In this document: piece after piece, positions 1 through 8,035 of the stretch | Position numbering within the stretch: the stretch's first letter is position 1 | Layout of the letters: each line of letters opens with the position of its first letter | Source of the DNA: Rickettsiales bacterium | GTDB lineage: Bacteria > Pseudomonadota > Alphaproteobacteria > Rickettsiales > UBA8987 | NCBI GenBank assembly: GCA_965222525.1 | Contig: OZ244955.1 | Span: 1,259,813 to 1,323,812, forward strand | Length of the DNA stretch: 64,000 nt | Direction of reading: 5' to 3' | Translations under genes and position numbers: made by a program | Notes under the pieces: model-generated | What the model saw: only the letters and a program-made list of their open reading frames with translations | The model's database searches: none | What the model was told of the DNA's origin: nothing

Positions 1-845
1 TCCCGTGTAACGCCGTGTATTTGCCCTACCTCTTCGAGAGTCTTCTTTCCTTTTCCATCCCATCCCCAGAATTGATACCAGGTTTCTTCGTAGCGTTTAT
101 TCTTGAACATGAAGAGTTTTAGCAGTGCTGCTAATTCACCTTCTACAGTATTGTCTTCATTCTGGAGTAGTTTTTCATATTCAGCAGCTAGCTCCTGCTT
201 GCGTGTAGACCTAATTTTCTCTCTGTTTTTCTCACGTAGCCCAGAAACCGTTTCTTGGTTCCAATCGGTAATCTTCATACCAAAGGATAAACCGAAGCGT
301 TTCAGCGCATCTTTCAGTTCTTGAACAGTCTTCTTACCACAACTTTGCCTGTGATAGAGGTCTTGCTCTTTCAGTTGAACCAATTCGCCGATCAAGTTGA
401 TATTATCTTCAGGTGCGATGTACCCGCCCGAAAGGTCGCCTAGGTCAAGCTCGTGATGGAATTGTTGCTTTTTGATGGGTTTAACTACATTCAAGGCCCT
501 GACTGAAAGCTTTAAATCTTCTACTGGTCTTAGAAGGGCAAGGTTGCTGCCTGATGCAATAGGCGGCTTTTCTGGCTTTGAATCAACAACAGCTTTTTTC
601 GGAAGTTTCAGGCCAGCAAACTCGTCTAATGCCTCTTCTATCTTTTTAACCGAGGTCCACCCTAGCCCGGGCAAGGTAACAAGCGAGCGTGGGTCTTTTT
701 TCAGTAAATCACCAATCGTATTTATTCCCAGGCTATTTAACCTTTTTATCAACGCAGGTGATATATCAAGCTCCGAAATAGGGACTTCATTGATATCGTC
801 TGCTTCGTGACAAGGTGCTTGCATTTGTATTGCTGCCTGTAACAT
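1..845 (-). CDS. Protein with two RNA polymerase alpha-CTD-like domains and a sigma-70 region 4 HTH (partial; runs off window start; absent from ORF track)
   Basis: Manual translation from ATG at 845: ...EVPISELDISPALIKRLNSLGINTIGDLL...LPGLGWTSVKKIEEAL...LRPVEDLKLSVRALN...IGELVQLKEQDL...CGKKTVQELKDALKRFGLSFGM...KKTLEEVGQIHGVTR. Open to position 1. Confidence 0.85.
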   Translation of the reverse strand, partial: MLQAAIQMQAPCHEADDINEVPISELDISPALIKRLNSLGINTIGDLLKKDPRSLVTLPGLGWTSVKKIEEALDEFAGLKLPKKAVVDSKPEKPPIASGSNLALLRPVEDLKLSVRALNVVKPIKKQQFHHELDLGDLSGGYIAPEDNINLIGELVQLKEQDLYHRQSCGKKTVQELKDALKRFGLSFGMKITDWNQETVSGLREKNREKIRSTRKQELAAEYEKLLQNEDNTVEGELAALLKLFMFKNKRYEETWYQFWGWDGKGKKTLEEVGQIHGVTR

Positions 846-860
846 GCTTCATTCTCTACC

Positions 861-2543
861 CTAGGCAGCATACAAAAATGCTGACTGGGTTGCTATCTCG
901 TTCATTTGACGCCCAATTTCCTGCAGAAAGTCAGTAAAGTCAGGAAAATACTCGTTGGACAACACGCGTTCAAACATTAGGGCATTAACATACTCAAAGA
1001 AAGCAACTTCGTAAAATAACCTTTTGAAAACTGGATCATCAACGTCTTCTTTATACGCTGCCGCAATTTGTGGATGGTCAAGATTCACCTTAATGGTTCT
1101 TTCCGACTGCACGTAACGTGTTCGCCACTCATCTTTGCCTAAATGTTCTGCCTTAACGTGGAATCCACCACGCGGCCTGTTCTTTTGCTGTCCACCACCT
1201 GGGTTAGCGGTAGTTGTGGGTTCGTCCTCATTTTTCTCAAGCCCCTGCTTAAGTTCAGGTGGCGGAGCGTCAGTTTCCGGTGTTGGTTCAGGCTTCTCGT
1301 CACCGACCCTATCTGGCAGTAAAGGTTCGCCTGTTTCAGACGCAGGGATAATGGTGCCAGGAACTAGGAAGCTATCATCGTCACCTTCGGTGCTATCCGG
1401 GTCATTTGGCACAACGTCAGCACCACCAGATGAGAGAGCTTTCTTTGATTTAATGAGTTCAGATCGAAATTGGTTGAAGTGCTTATTGATAACCTCACTA
1501 ACTTCTCCTTCGATTCGGCGAAACTTCTTAGCCTCTTCTGATTTACGCTCCTCTTTTTTGCGCCGAACTAATTCTTTTCTAATCTCTTCGACCGCACCAG
1601 AGATAAACCCATAAAGCATCCGTACTAATTGATTGCTGGCATTCAGTTGTCCACTGCGGGAAGAGTCAAATGCCGGGGGGTCTTCTTCCTTATCAAGGTT
1701 AGGGACTTCGATAGTTCCAAATATATATTCCGCACAGTCTTTGCCCTCACTTCCTGCCAAGGTTATTTCGTGTACTTGGTTTGAAGAAATGATTTTCACA
1801 CCTTGTTGATTGCTTTCAAGCGGAATACCAGAAACCTTTATGCAAAGAGTTACATTGCCGAGTAACTTTGCAACCTCGGGGTCTGGTGTGAAGTCTCTTT
1901 CAAAAGCTGCAGCGGGTTCTTGGTACTCACACTTTGAGCCATTAACATAGACACTACAGTTTGCGGGCCACCCAATTAGGTTTTGCTCAATGTAACCGAC
2001 GATCGGTTTTTCCTTAATCTTTTTGAAATCTTTGAAGAACTCAGTAATCGTGACTATTGTACGGTTTGGTTCCTTGGTTTTCTCATTCGTAACGATTTCA
2101 CTTACGGGGACTCCCTTATCTTTTCCTATATATGCCTTAACATCGTCCTTTTTCAGTTCTACCACGTTTCTTAGGCCGTTTCGTACGGTGTCAATCTGCA
2201 AGCTGTTGGCGATTGCGAAAGCAGCAGATTTTCCTGTTCCGAACATTCCACGGCCAATACGTCCTTGTTTGCGCTCAAGGTTTTCCGCGTGCATGGTAAA
2301 GAAGTGCTGTAGTCCAGCTCTATCCATCCCCATGCCATTATCAATGATCTCTATTTTGCTGGTGGTGATATTGACGTCTACCCTGGGGTTAACGCTGTTG
2401 TCTTGGTATTGGAGGCCATTCGCAACGTATTCCCATATTACATTCTTTGGGTGTTTAAAGCCCTCGGCGTTGTGTATGAGATCACGACATACATCGCTCT
2501 TTAACTCTATATGTGGCAGGGCCGCTGTATTGCTAGTTGCCAT
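861..2543 (-). CDS. GHKL (HATPase_c, MutL/MORC-like) ATPase
   Basis: N box WEYVANG, G1 DNGMGM, G2 GRGMFGTGKSAA, acidic/Pro-rich linker and C-terminal KVNLDHP. No nuclease motif recognised. Confidence 0.85.
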   Translation of the reverse strand: MATSNTAALPHIELKSDVCRDLIHNAEGFKHPKNVIWEYVANGLQYQDNSVNPRVDVNITTSKIEIIDNGMGMDRAGLQHFFTMHAENLERKQGRIGRGMFGTGKSAAFAIANSLQIDTVRNGLRNVVELKKDDVKAYIGKDKGVPVSEIVTNEKTKEPNRTIVTITEFFKDFKKIKEKPIVGYIEQNLIGWPANCSVYVNGSKCEYQEPAAAFERDFTPDPEVAKLLGNVTLCIKVSGIPLESNQQGVKIISSNQVHEITLAGSEGKDCAEYIFGTIEVPNLDKEEDPPAFDSSRSGQLNASNQLVRMLYGFISGAVEEIRKELVRRKKEERKSEEAKKFRRIEGEVSEVINKHFNQFRSELIKSKKALSSGGADVVPNDPDSTEGDDDSFLVPGTIIPASETGEPLLPDRVGDEKPEPTPETDAPPPELKQGLEKNEDEPTTTANPGGGQQKNRPRGGFHVKAEHLGKDEWRTRYVQSERTIKVNLDHPQIAAAYKEDVDDPVFKRLFYEVAFFEYVNALMFERVLSNEYFPDFTDFLQEIGRQMNEIATQSAFLYAA

Positions 2544-3126
2544 TCGCTTCCTCCTTAATCACTCTTTTTCCCAGTTCCTTTAGTGCATGGTGCGCGTCAT
2601 CACTGTTATCGAAGAGATTTTGGAACTGGGTTATTTTCTGTTCCCTAGCCTTACCTTGGATGTATTCGTTAATTCGGAACAAGTTTTCTAACTCTTTGCG
2701 TGTAATGCTATCTCCATTCCCGGAATGAAATTTTTGGTAGGCTGGCTCACCAAGAATTCGTTTCTTTTCCTTGTTGATCCAAGCCCTTTCCTTTTGTGAG
2801 AGCCTTGTTTCCTTGCTGCCTTCAGCCGTCAGTAGGTGCTTGTTTTCATCAACAAACTTAATTCCCTCTTCCGTCAGCATGTAGCCTTTTTCCGGAGTGC
2901 CAAGTGCTAAGCCACCTTTGTCCTCTTTCCTTGCATCAGATAGCCAACTAACAATTAACCGGTCAGAGATATAATCCCTTTTTCTCCAGCGGTATCTTCC
3001 GGGCACGATTTTATCCGCCTCTATAGCAATATCTTCTAGCTGCGCTTGCTGAGTTCGACCTCCTGCAACGTAGATTGCTAAAGCCATTATCTGGACATTG
3101 TTGAGGTCTTTGATACTAGCAGGCAT
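2533..3126 (-). CDS. Hypothetical protein with probable winged-helix domain
   Basis: 197 aa with a wing-like GYMLTEEGIKFV. Overlaps both neighbouring genes (translational coupling). Confidence 0.6.
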   Translation of the reverse strand: MPASIKDLNNVQIMALAIYVAGGRTQQAQLEDIAIEADKIVPGRYRWRKRDYISDRLIVSWLSDARKEDKGGLALGTPEKGYMLTEEGIKFVDENKHLLTAEGSKETRLSQKERAWINKEKKRILGEPAYQKFHSGNGDSITRKELENLFRINEYIQGKAREQKITQFQNLFDNSDDAHHALKELGKRVIKEEANGN

Positions 3127-3347
3127 TATTTTAACTCGAATTTTTTGTTTGATTGTTTAGTTGAGAAGCGCTGCTTGGACTTCCGTAATTCTTCTCCTAG
3201 CGTAGCGTAAATCTTCTCAATATCCTCGTTAGAGTAGTCGTAGTTTGACCTGTTTGAGAGGTTTCCGATAAGCTGTATATATTTCAGCGCGTTGTTCACA
3301 CGGTTGGTTGCAAGCCGGGTAAACTTATCTCTTGGGGTTTCCTTCAT
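3126..3347 (-). CDS. Small basic helical protein, first gene of operon, possible regulator
   Basis: 73 aa KFTRLATNRVNNALKYIQLIGNLSNRSNYDYS. GGA-type RBS upstream; TAATG overlap with next gene. Confidence 0.65.
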   Translation of the reverse strand: MKETPRDKFTRLATNRVNNALKYIQLIGNLSNRSNYDYSNEDIEKIYATLGEELRKSKQRFSTKQSNKKFELK

Positions 3348-3383
3348 AATTGATTATCCTGCTAAATAGATGTCGTATGGTGT

Positions 3384-3426
3384 AGGCTACGCAATAATAT
3401 TGTTCGTGTCAACGTAATATTGCGTA
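3384..3426 (-). promoter_or_regulatory. sigma70-like promoter overlapped by an inverted-repeat operator
   Basis: Minus strand TTGACA-17-TAGCCT. Arms TACGCAATA (3388-3396) and TATTGCGTA (3418-3426) lie between divergent genes. Confidence 0.5.
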
Positions 3427-3458
3427 CATTTATCAAATATAGGTAATATTATCAATAT

Positions 3459-4160
3459 ATGGACGAAAAATACAGAAATATAGCGATATTTAGGAAAAGA
3501 ATTCTGGCTTGGTACAGGGCTGAGGGTCGTATGTTTCCGTGGCGAGAACAGGCAAGAAGCGATTATGAAAAGATTGTGGCAGAGGTTCTACTACAGAGAA
3601 CCAAGGCCGAGACCGTTGCCAAGCATTACGGCGATTTTCTGCAAACCTTCCCCGATTGGAAGCACTTAGCGGATGCGCCGGAAGAGCATATCGAACAAGC
3701 CCTCAAACCCTTGGGCTTGTACAAGCAAAGGGCCGGGGTTTTTAAATGTCTCTCACAAGCCATCATGCAAATGGAAGGGAATACGCCTTCCAAGCGTGCC
3801 CATATAGATAAGCTCCCCGGGGTCGGGCAGTATATTGCCAATGCTGTAGAGTTGATTTGTCATGGCAAGCGAAGACCGCTTATAGATGTGAACATGGCTA
3901 GGGTGCTGGAGCGCGTATTTAGACCAAGAAAGCTCGTTGATATTCGGTATGACCCGTACTTACAGGAATTGTCAAAGAAGGTGGTAAACAGCCCGTATGC
4001 GCGGGAGATTAACTTTGCGATTCTGGATTTTGCAGCAAAGGTTTGTAAGTCGAAAAATCCTCGCTGTGAAATATGCCCATTTACGAGATATTGCAGTTGG
4101 TATAATCAGGCAAGCGCCACGGCAGCTTCTCTTGGAGGTGTAACTGAGAACGTGGTTTGA
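3459..4160 (+). CDS. HhH-GPD [4Fe-4S] DNA glycosylase, MIG-type (T:G mismatch)
   Basis: VLLQRT, HhH LPGVGQYIA with Tyr at the MIG-diagnostic position, FCL CKSKNPRCEICPFTRYC, no MutT-like C-domain. Adjacent to a C5 MTase. Confidence 0.75.
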   Translation: MDEKYRNIAIFRKRILAWYRAEGRMFPWREQARSDYEKIVAEVLLQRTKAETVAKHYGDFLQTFPDWKHLADAPEEHIEQALKPLGLYKQRAGVFKCLSQAIMQMEGNTPSKRAHIDKLPGVGQYIANAVELICHGKRRPLIDVNMARVLERVFRPRKLVDIRYDPYLQELSKKVVNSPYAREINFAILDFAAKVCKSKNPRCEICPFTRYCSWYNQASATAASLGGVTENVV

Positions 4161-5578
4161 TAGTTGTTTTCCTGGGTTGACGCGGTGGTGAATAGAATTT
4201 CCGCAATCTTTTCGCCAATGGCTTTAGCAAGTAAAGGTGGAACCGCATTACCAACTTGCGTGTACTGGGGAACCTCAAATTTGCGTCTGTTGCCACCAGT
4301 GGTCTCTTTCGAGCGAAAGACAAAAGTATCGGGAAAGGACTGTAGTCTAGCCATTTCCCTTATTGTCATGGTTCTCGGCTTTGCTGGGTGTACAAAGTCA
4401 TCCGGTAGGCTAAGCACAGTTGGGGAAGGACTACTCCAACTGAGGCAGCGTTGACTGTGTTTCTTCGTTTTTAACTCCAGAATTAACGTAGCCAGCTCCT
4501 CGGGAGTATGGGCAAGCACCTCCTTGTCCGGCGAGACTGCCGGGTAAGTGGCCTTTTCTAGTAAGCTAGTTATTTCCTCGGGTGAGATAGTATCTTTGGA
4601 GGCTAGGGTGATAATTTTTGAAGGCACTTCTTGCTTATCAAGATATTGTATTAGGCGAAAACGTTTCACGATTTTCTCTTCATGGTTCCTGAGCCGGTGA
4701 TTGGGTAATTTGCTGTTATCTCTGTTTTCAAACGGAAGATTTAGACCGGTAGTGTAATTCCTCATTAAGTAAGCAAACTCACCCTGAGCTGTTCCGTATT
4801 TCTTATGTTCTTGGTTGATGGTATAGCCCCGGTTTCCTATGTCCCACAGCGCATCACGCACAGTTCTAAAGTTTTGTAGTGCTGGGACAGGGGCAAGGAG
4901 TGGGCTTTTTGAAGCAACCTTTTCTTGTGCAAAGCTAGATTTCCAGAACATGGGAGCAGTTGAAATACCGGCCTTCCTCGCAACGTCCATCCTGACTGCT
5001 ACTAACATAACCCTAGGTCGGTTCTGAGGTATTCCAAAGTGAGCAGCATCAAGCTCCAGTGGCTGAACTGCATACCCGGGGGGGATTTCATGAATTGCTT
5101 GGATAAGCTGTTTTACAGGCGTCTCTATACCGTGCTTGGTAAACATTTTGCGGATGCCAACCACGTTCTCCATGATAACCGCCTTGGGGCGGACAGCTTG
5201 AACAAATTTAAGGAAAAGCCACGGTAGCTTGTTTCTTTCATCGTGAGGATCTCTCCTGCCTGCTACAGAAAACCCCTGACAAGGTGGGCCACCTGCAACA
5301 AGGTCTATTTCAGAACCTTTAAGTTTGTCCATAATTGCAGGGTTGGAAATAACCTGCTGTATGTCACTTACCATTAATTTTTGGGCAAATTGTTTTTCTG
5401 CTGAGAGCGATAAGAAGTTATCCCAGTCATCACTGTCTTGGATGGATCGAATAAAGTTGTGATAATACGTCTCTGCAGCCATGGGGGACTTCTCAACAGC
5501 AAGCTCAAGCTCAAAGCCTGCACTGGCCAAGCCAAGCGACAGTCCTCCACATCCAGCAAAAAGATCAATATATTTCAT
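4106..5578 (-). CDS. dcm: DNA (cytosine-5)-methyltransferase
   Basis: Motifs DLFAGCGG, GGPPCQGFS, ENV, PQNRPRV, QVGNAVPP. Confidence 0.95.
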   Translation of the reverse strand: MKYIDLFAGCGGLSLGLASAGFELELAVEKSPMAAETYYHNFIRSIQDSDDWDNFLSLSAEKQFAQKLMVSDIQQVISNPAIMDKLKGSEIDLVAGGPPCQGFSVAGRRDPHDERNKLPWLFLKFVQAVRPKAVIMENVVGIRKMFTKHGIETPVKQLIQAIHEIPPGYAVQPLELDAAHFGIPQNRPRVMLVAVRMDVARKAGISTAPMFWKSSFAQEKVASKSPLLAPVPALQNFRTVRDALWDIGNRGYTINQEHKKYGTAQGEFAYLMRNYTTGLNLPFENRDNSKLPNHRLRNHEEKIVKRFRLIQYLDKQEVPSKIITLASKDTISPEEITSLLEKATYPAVSPDKEVLAHTPEELATLILELKTKKHSQRCLSWSSPSPTVLSLPDDFVHPAKPRTMTIREMARLQSFPDTFVFRSKETTGGNRRKFEVPQYTQVGNAVPPLLAKAIGEKIAEILFTTASTQENNYQTTFSVTPPREAAVALA

Positions 5579-5693
5579 AGGCTTTTATCACATTTATATT
5601 GCCCAGATTAAAACAGATTTAATACAAGTTGTCCAGGCAAACTTTCTTAACAAGGTGTATTACATGCTCCTGCCTTTTATTGGCATGTCATAA

Positions 5694-5723
5694 TTGACGC
5701 AAATATATTCTGCGTGATAAGTT
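5694..5723 (+). promoter_or_regulatory. Promoter of structured leader RNA (copy A)
   Basis: TTGACG-18-TAAGTT with extended TG. Same layout at 17265-17294. Confidence 0.55.
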
Positions 5724-5727
5724 CCCG

Positions 5728-5960
5728 TTAGAACTGGATTTTTATGTTCAGTTCCGGGGCTTAAGAACCTCTCGCAAGTCGGCAGTAGCACCTGCCGTTA
5801 CCAAACTGCTGCTATCTCGACTTACGTCGGGGTGGCGGCGTTATACAACAGCCGCTCGCGGTAAAAGCGCTGCGGTCATGCTTGCGTGACTTCTTAACAC
5901 CCCGGCACCAGTGCGAAATCGCTGGTGCCGTTTTGTTTTAACCAAACAAAGGGGTTGTTA
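5728..5960 (+). ncRNA. Structured leader RNA, C4-antisense/ash-like (copy A)
   Basis: CCGGGGCTTAAGAA pairs with TTCTTAACACCCCGG. Several internal hairpins covary with copy B. Confidence 0.6.
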
Positions 5961-5963
5961 GTC

Positions 5964-6284
5964 ATGAATGAATACAGTCTTTGGGCGGACTTGCTCAACA
6001 AATTCCACACTTCGCCAGAATGGATACAGGTGCTATGGTTACTGGCCGTACCGATGCTCCTGTTCGGCCTGTGCTGGTGTATAAAGGAGGTGCTGGTTGC
6101 TTTTGCTAGAAGGCGGGAGGATGCGAAGGGTGATCTTCTGTACAGCATCTACCGAAACAGTGACAACGAATTGCTGGTTTATCGCCATGCAGAAGCGTTG
6201 GAGCAGGTTTCTACTGGCAATATGATACTTCTTCCTGCCACGGAGAAGCCAAAGGAAATAGTGAAAGAAACTGCCAAGCTATAG
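5964..6284 (+). CDS. Small membrane protein downstream of the leader RNA
   Basis: MNEYSLWADLLNKFHTSPEWIQVLWLLAVPMLLFGLCW with one TM segment. Truncated paralog at 17522. Confidence 0.7.
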   Translation: MNEYSLWADLLNKFHTSPEWIQVLWLLAVPMLLFGLCWCIKEVLVAFARRREDAKGDLLYSIYRNSDNELLVYRHAEALEQVSTGNMILLPATEKPKEIVKETAKL

Positions 6285-6296
6285 GGATAGCTTGTG

Positions 6297-7532
6297 CTAT
6301 CCTGTATATGCTTCCTGTAGCTTCGAGAGGGCTTGATGTCCATCTCTCACCGGGTGGCTATAATACGAAAGCGTCACGCTGGGGTCTTTATGGCCAACGA
6401 TCTGTGCCACCAATGGCACCTCGATCCCCTGCGCTTGCAAGATGGAAACCACCGCGTGACGGGCGGCATGGGTGGTCGTGTATTTGACGCCATGCTCTGC
6501 TAATTTCTCAAAAGCCGGAACCCACACGCGCTGCCTGAAATTGCTGTACAGCAGCACACCTCCACCGACCTTCTTGATTGGCCATGGGCCTTTCGCACCT
6601 TGACTCGGGAATACCAATTCCAGATTTCCGTTGCGACGGGGGCAACGTACGCGCCATTCCAGAAGCCATTCACGCAACAGCGAGTTCATCGGGATGAGCC
6701 GGTCGCCTGATTCAGTCTTCGTGAACTCGCAGATTTTGCCATTCTTCTCCAAGGAGCGGTGGATATGGATCGTGTTGTCCTCGAAACTGATATCGTCCCA
6801 GTGCAGTGCCAACTGCTCGGAAATCCTCGTGCCGGTCAGGAATCCCCACGCGACGTACAGGCCCCATTTTGAATCCTCGCGCATGACACGGAGCACTGTG
6901 CTGATTTCATCGGGGGAGAGAATGACCTTCTTAGTCTTTGGCGGACTCTTGGTCAATCTACGGGGCATTTTGGGCGTCCGCACCCCGAGGTCTTCTTCCA
7001 CCATGCACAGGATAGCATGAAGCCGCTGCATGGCACGGTTAGCGGAGTAATGGCCGACATGCTCGATCAGCTCGTTATGCCAACTGCGAATCCGCGCCGT
7101 CGTTAGCTTGTTCACTTTGACGTTGCCAAGCATGGACTTCAGCGATGAACCATCCGGCATATCACCCGTAAGTGCGTATTCTCGCCGCTGACGCATATCC
7201 GCCCCGATCAGCAGGGGGCCGACCAAGTAGCTTCGGTAGGTAATCAACCCCTTGTAGGTGGTGGATTTGATGCTGTGCTTCTTGTTTTCTACCCAGTAAT
7301 CGTAACATTCCTCCAGCGTTGGAACCTGCTTCTCATCGCAGAGCGTACCCTGTTCCAATTCGATCATGATGCGCTTCTGCTCTGCAATGGCTTCCTTCTT
7401 TTTGCGGAAGTAGCTTTGCCTCCGCTTGCCAGTCTCCGGGTCGGGGTAATTGACGGCATACTGGACATATTTGCGGATGCTTCCGTCCTTCAGTTTTCGC
7501 TTCTTCTGCTGGGTTTGTATGGTGACGTTCAT
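6297..7532 (-). CDS. int: Tyrosine recombinase/phage integrase
   Basis: TGTRISE, HAARH, VGH and catalytic Tyr in YYSH; N-terminal arm-binding-like domain. Start at MNVTIQ after an AGAGGAG RBS. Confidence 0.92.
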   Translation of the reverse strand: MNVTIQTQQKKRKLKDGSIRKYVQYAVNYPDPETGKRRQSYFRKKKEAIAEQKRIMIELEQGTLCDEKQVPTLEECYDYWVENKKHSIKSTTYKGLITYRSYLVGPLLIGADMRQRREYALTGDMPDGSSLKSMLGNVKVNKLTTARIRSWHNELIEHVGHYSANRAMQRLHAILCMVEEDLGVRTPKMPRRLTKSPPKTKKVILSPDEISTVLRVMREDSKWGLYVAWGFLTGTRISEQLALHWDDISFEDNTIHIHRSLEKNGKICEFTKTESGDRLIPMNSLLREWLLEWRVRCPRRNGNLELVFPSQGAKGPWPIKKVGGGVLLYSNFRQRVWVPAFEKLAEHGVKYTTTHAARHAVVSILQAQGIEVPLVAQIVGHKDPSVTLSYYSHPVRDGHQALSKLQEAYTG

Positions 7533-7809
7533 AATTGATTCTCCTCTCTGGTTAACGCCAGCCTGAACGCAGGCCAACATCCCAGAAAATCACAGCGAAA
7601 ATCTCCACACAATATTGGACGTGCAACCCTTATTGTAGACGCAAAAGTAGACGGACAGGGCCAGATAGGAGAAAAGCCCCGTCCGTCTTGACAGAAACGC
7701 CACTGGGCGAAGGTGACGTTCACATGCTTATGCTTCTGTATCTCAATACCTCGGTGTTCGAGTCTAAAAGTATTCATGTTTCTCATTCCATTATTCCGGC
7801 GTTAATTCC

Positions 7810-8035
7810 TGAAAATTTTAATTTTTAAAACGAGCTTAAAAGCCTAAAAGTTTAAAAATCCGAGCTGTCATTTTGTCACGTCACGTCAGCCCTCTTTGAG
7901 GGAACCCGTTAGCCTAACTCTGACTGCTTTTTTTCGTTTCCATACAATCCACATGGGAAGAAAGTGAGAAATGGGTAGCGCTGGCCTCGGATTTGCTCAT
8001 AACCCTATGACGTGACATGACATCGTGACGGTCAC
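7810..8035. other. Putative replication origin with iteron-like repeats
   Basis: AT-rich tract, then GTCACGTCACGTCA and an inverted TGACGTGACATGACATCGTGAC array at the 3' end of the primase-helicase gene. Confidence 0.45.

Noticed and set aside
103-810. Plus-strand ORFs of 73 and 112 aa
   Set aside because: Antisense shadows of the alpha-CTD/sigma4 gene.
861-2543. Histidine kinase, gyrB or mutL housekeeping gene
   Set aside because: No HisKA H-box, TOPRIM or MutL signature; the context is an island operon.
3459-4160. mutY or nth call
   Set aside because: No MutT-like C-domain, and Tyr rather than Ser/Lys after the HhH motif.
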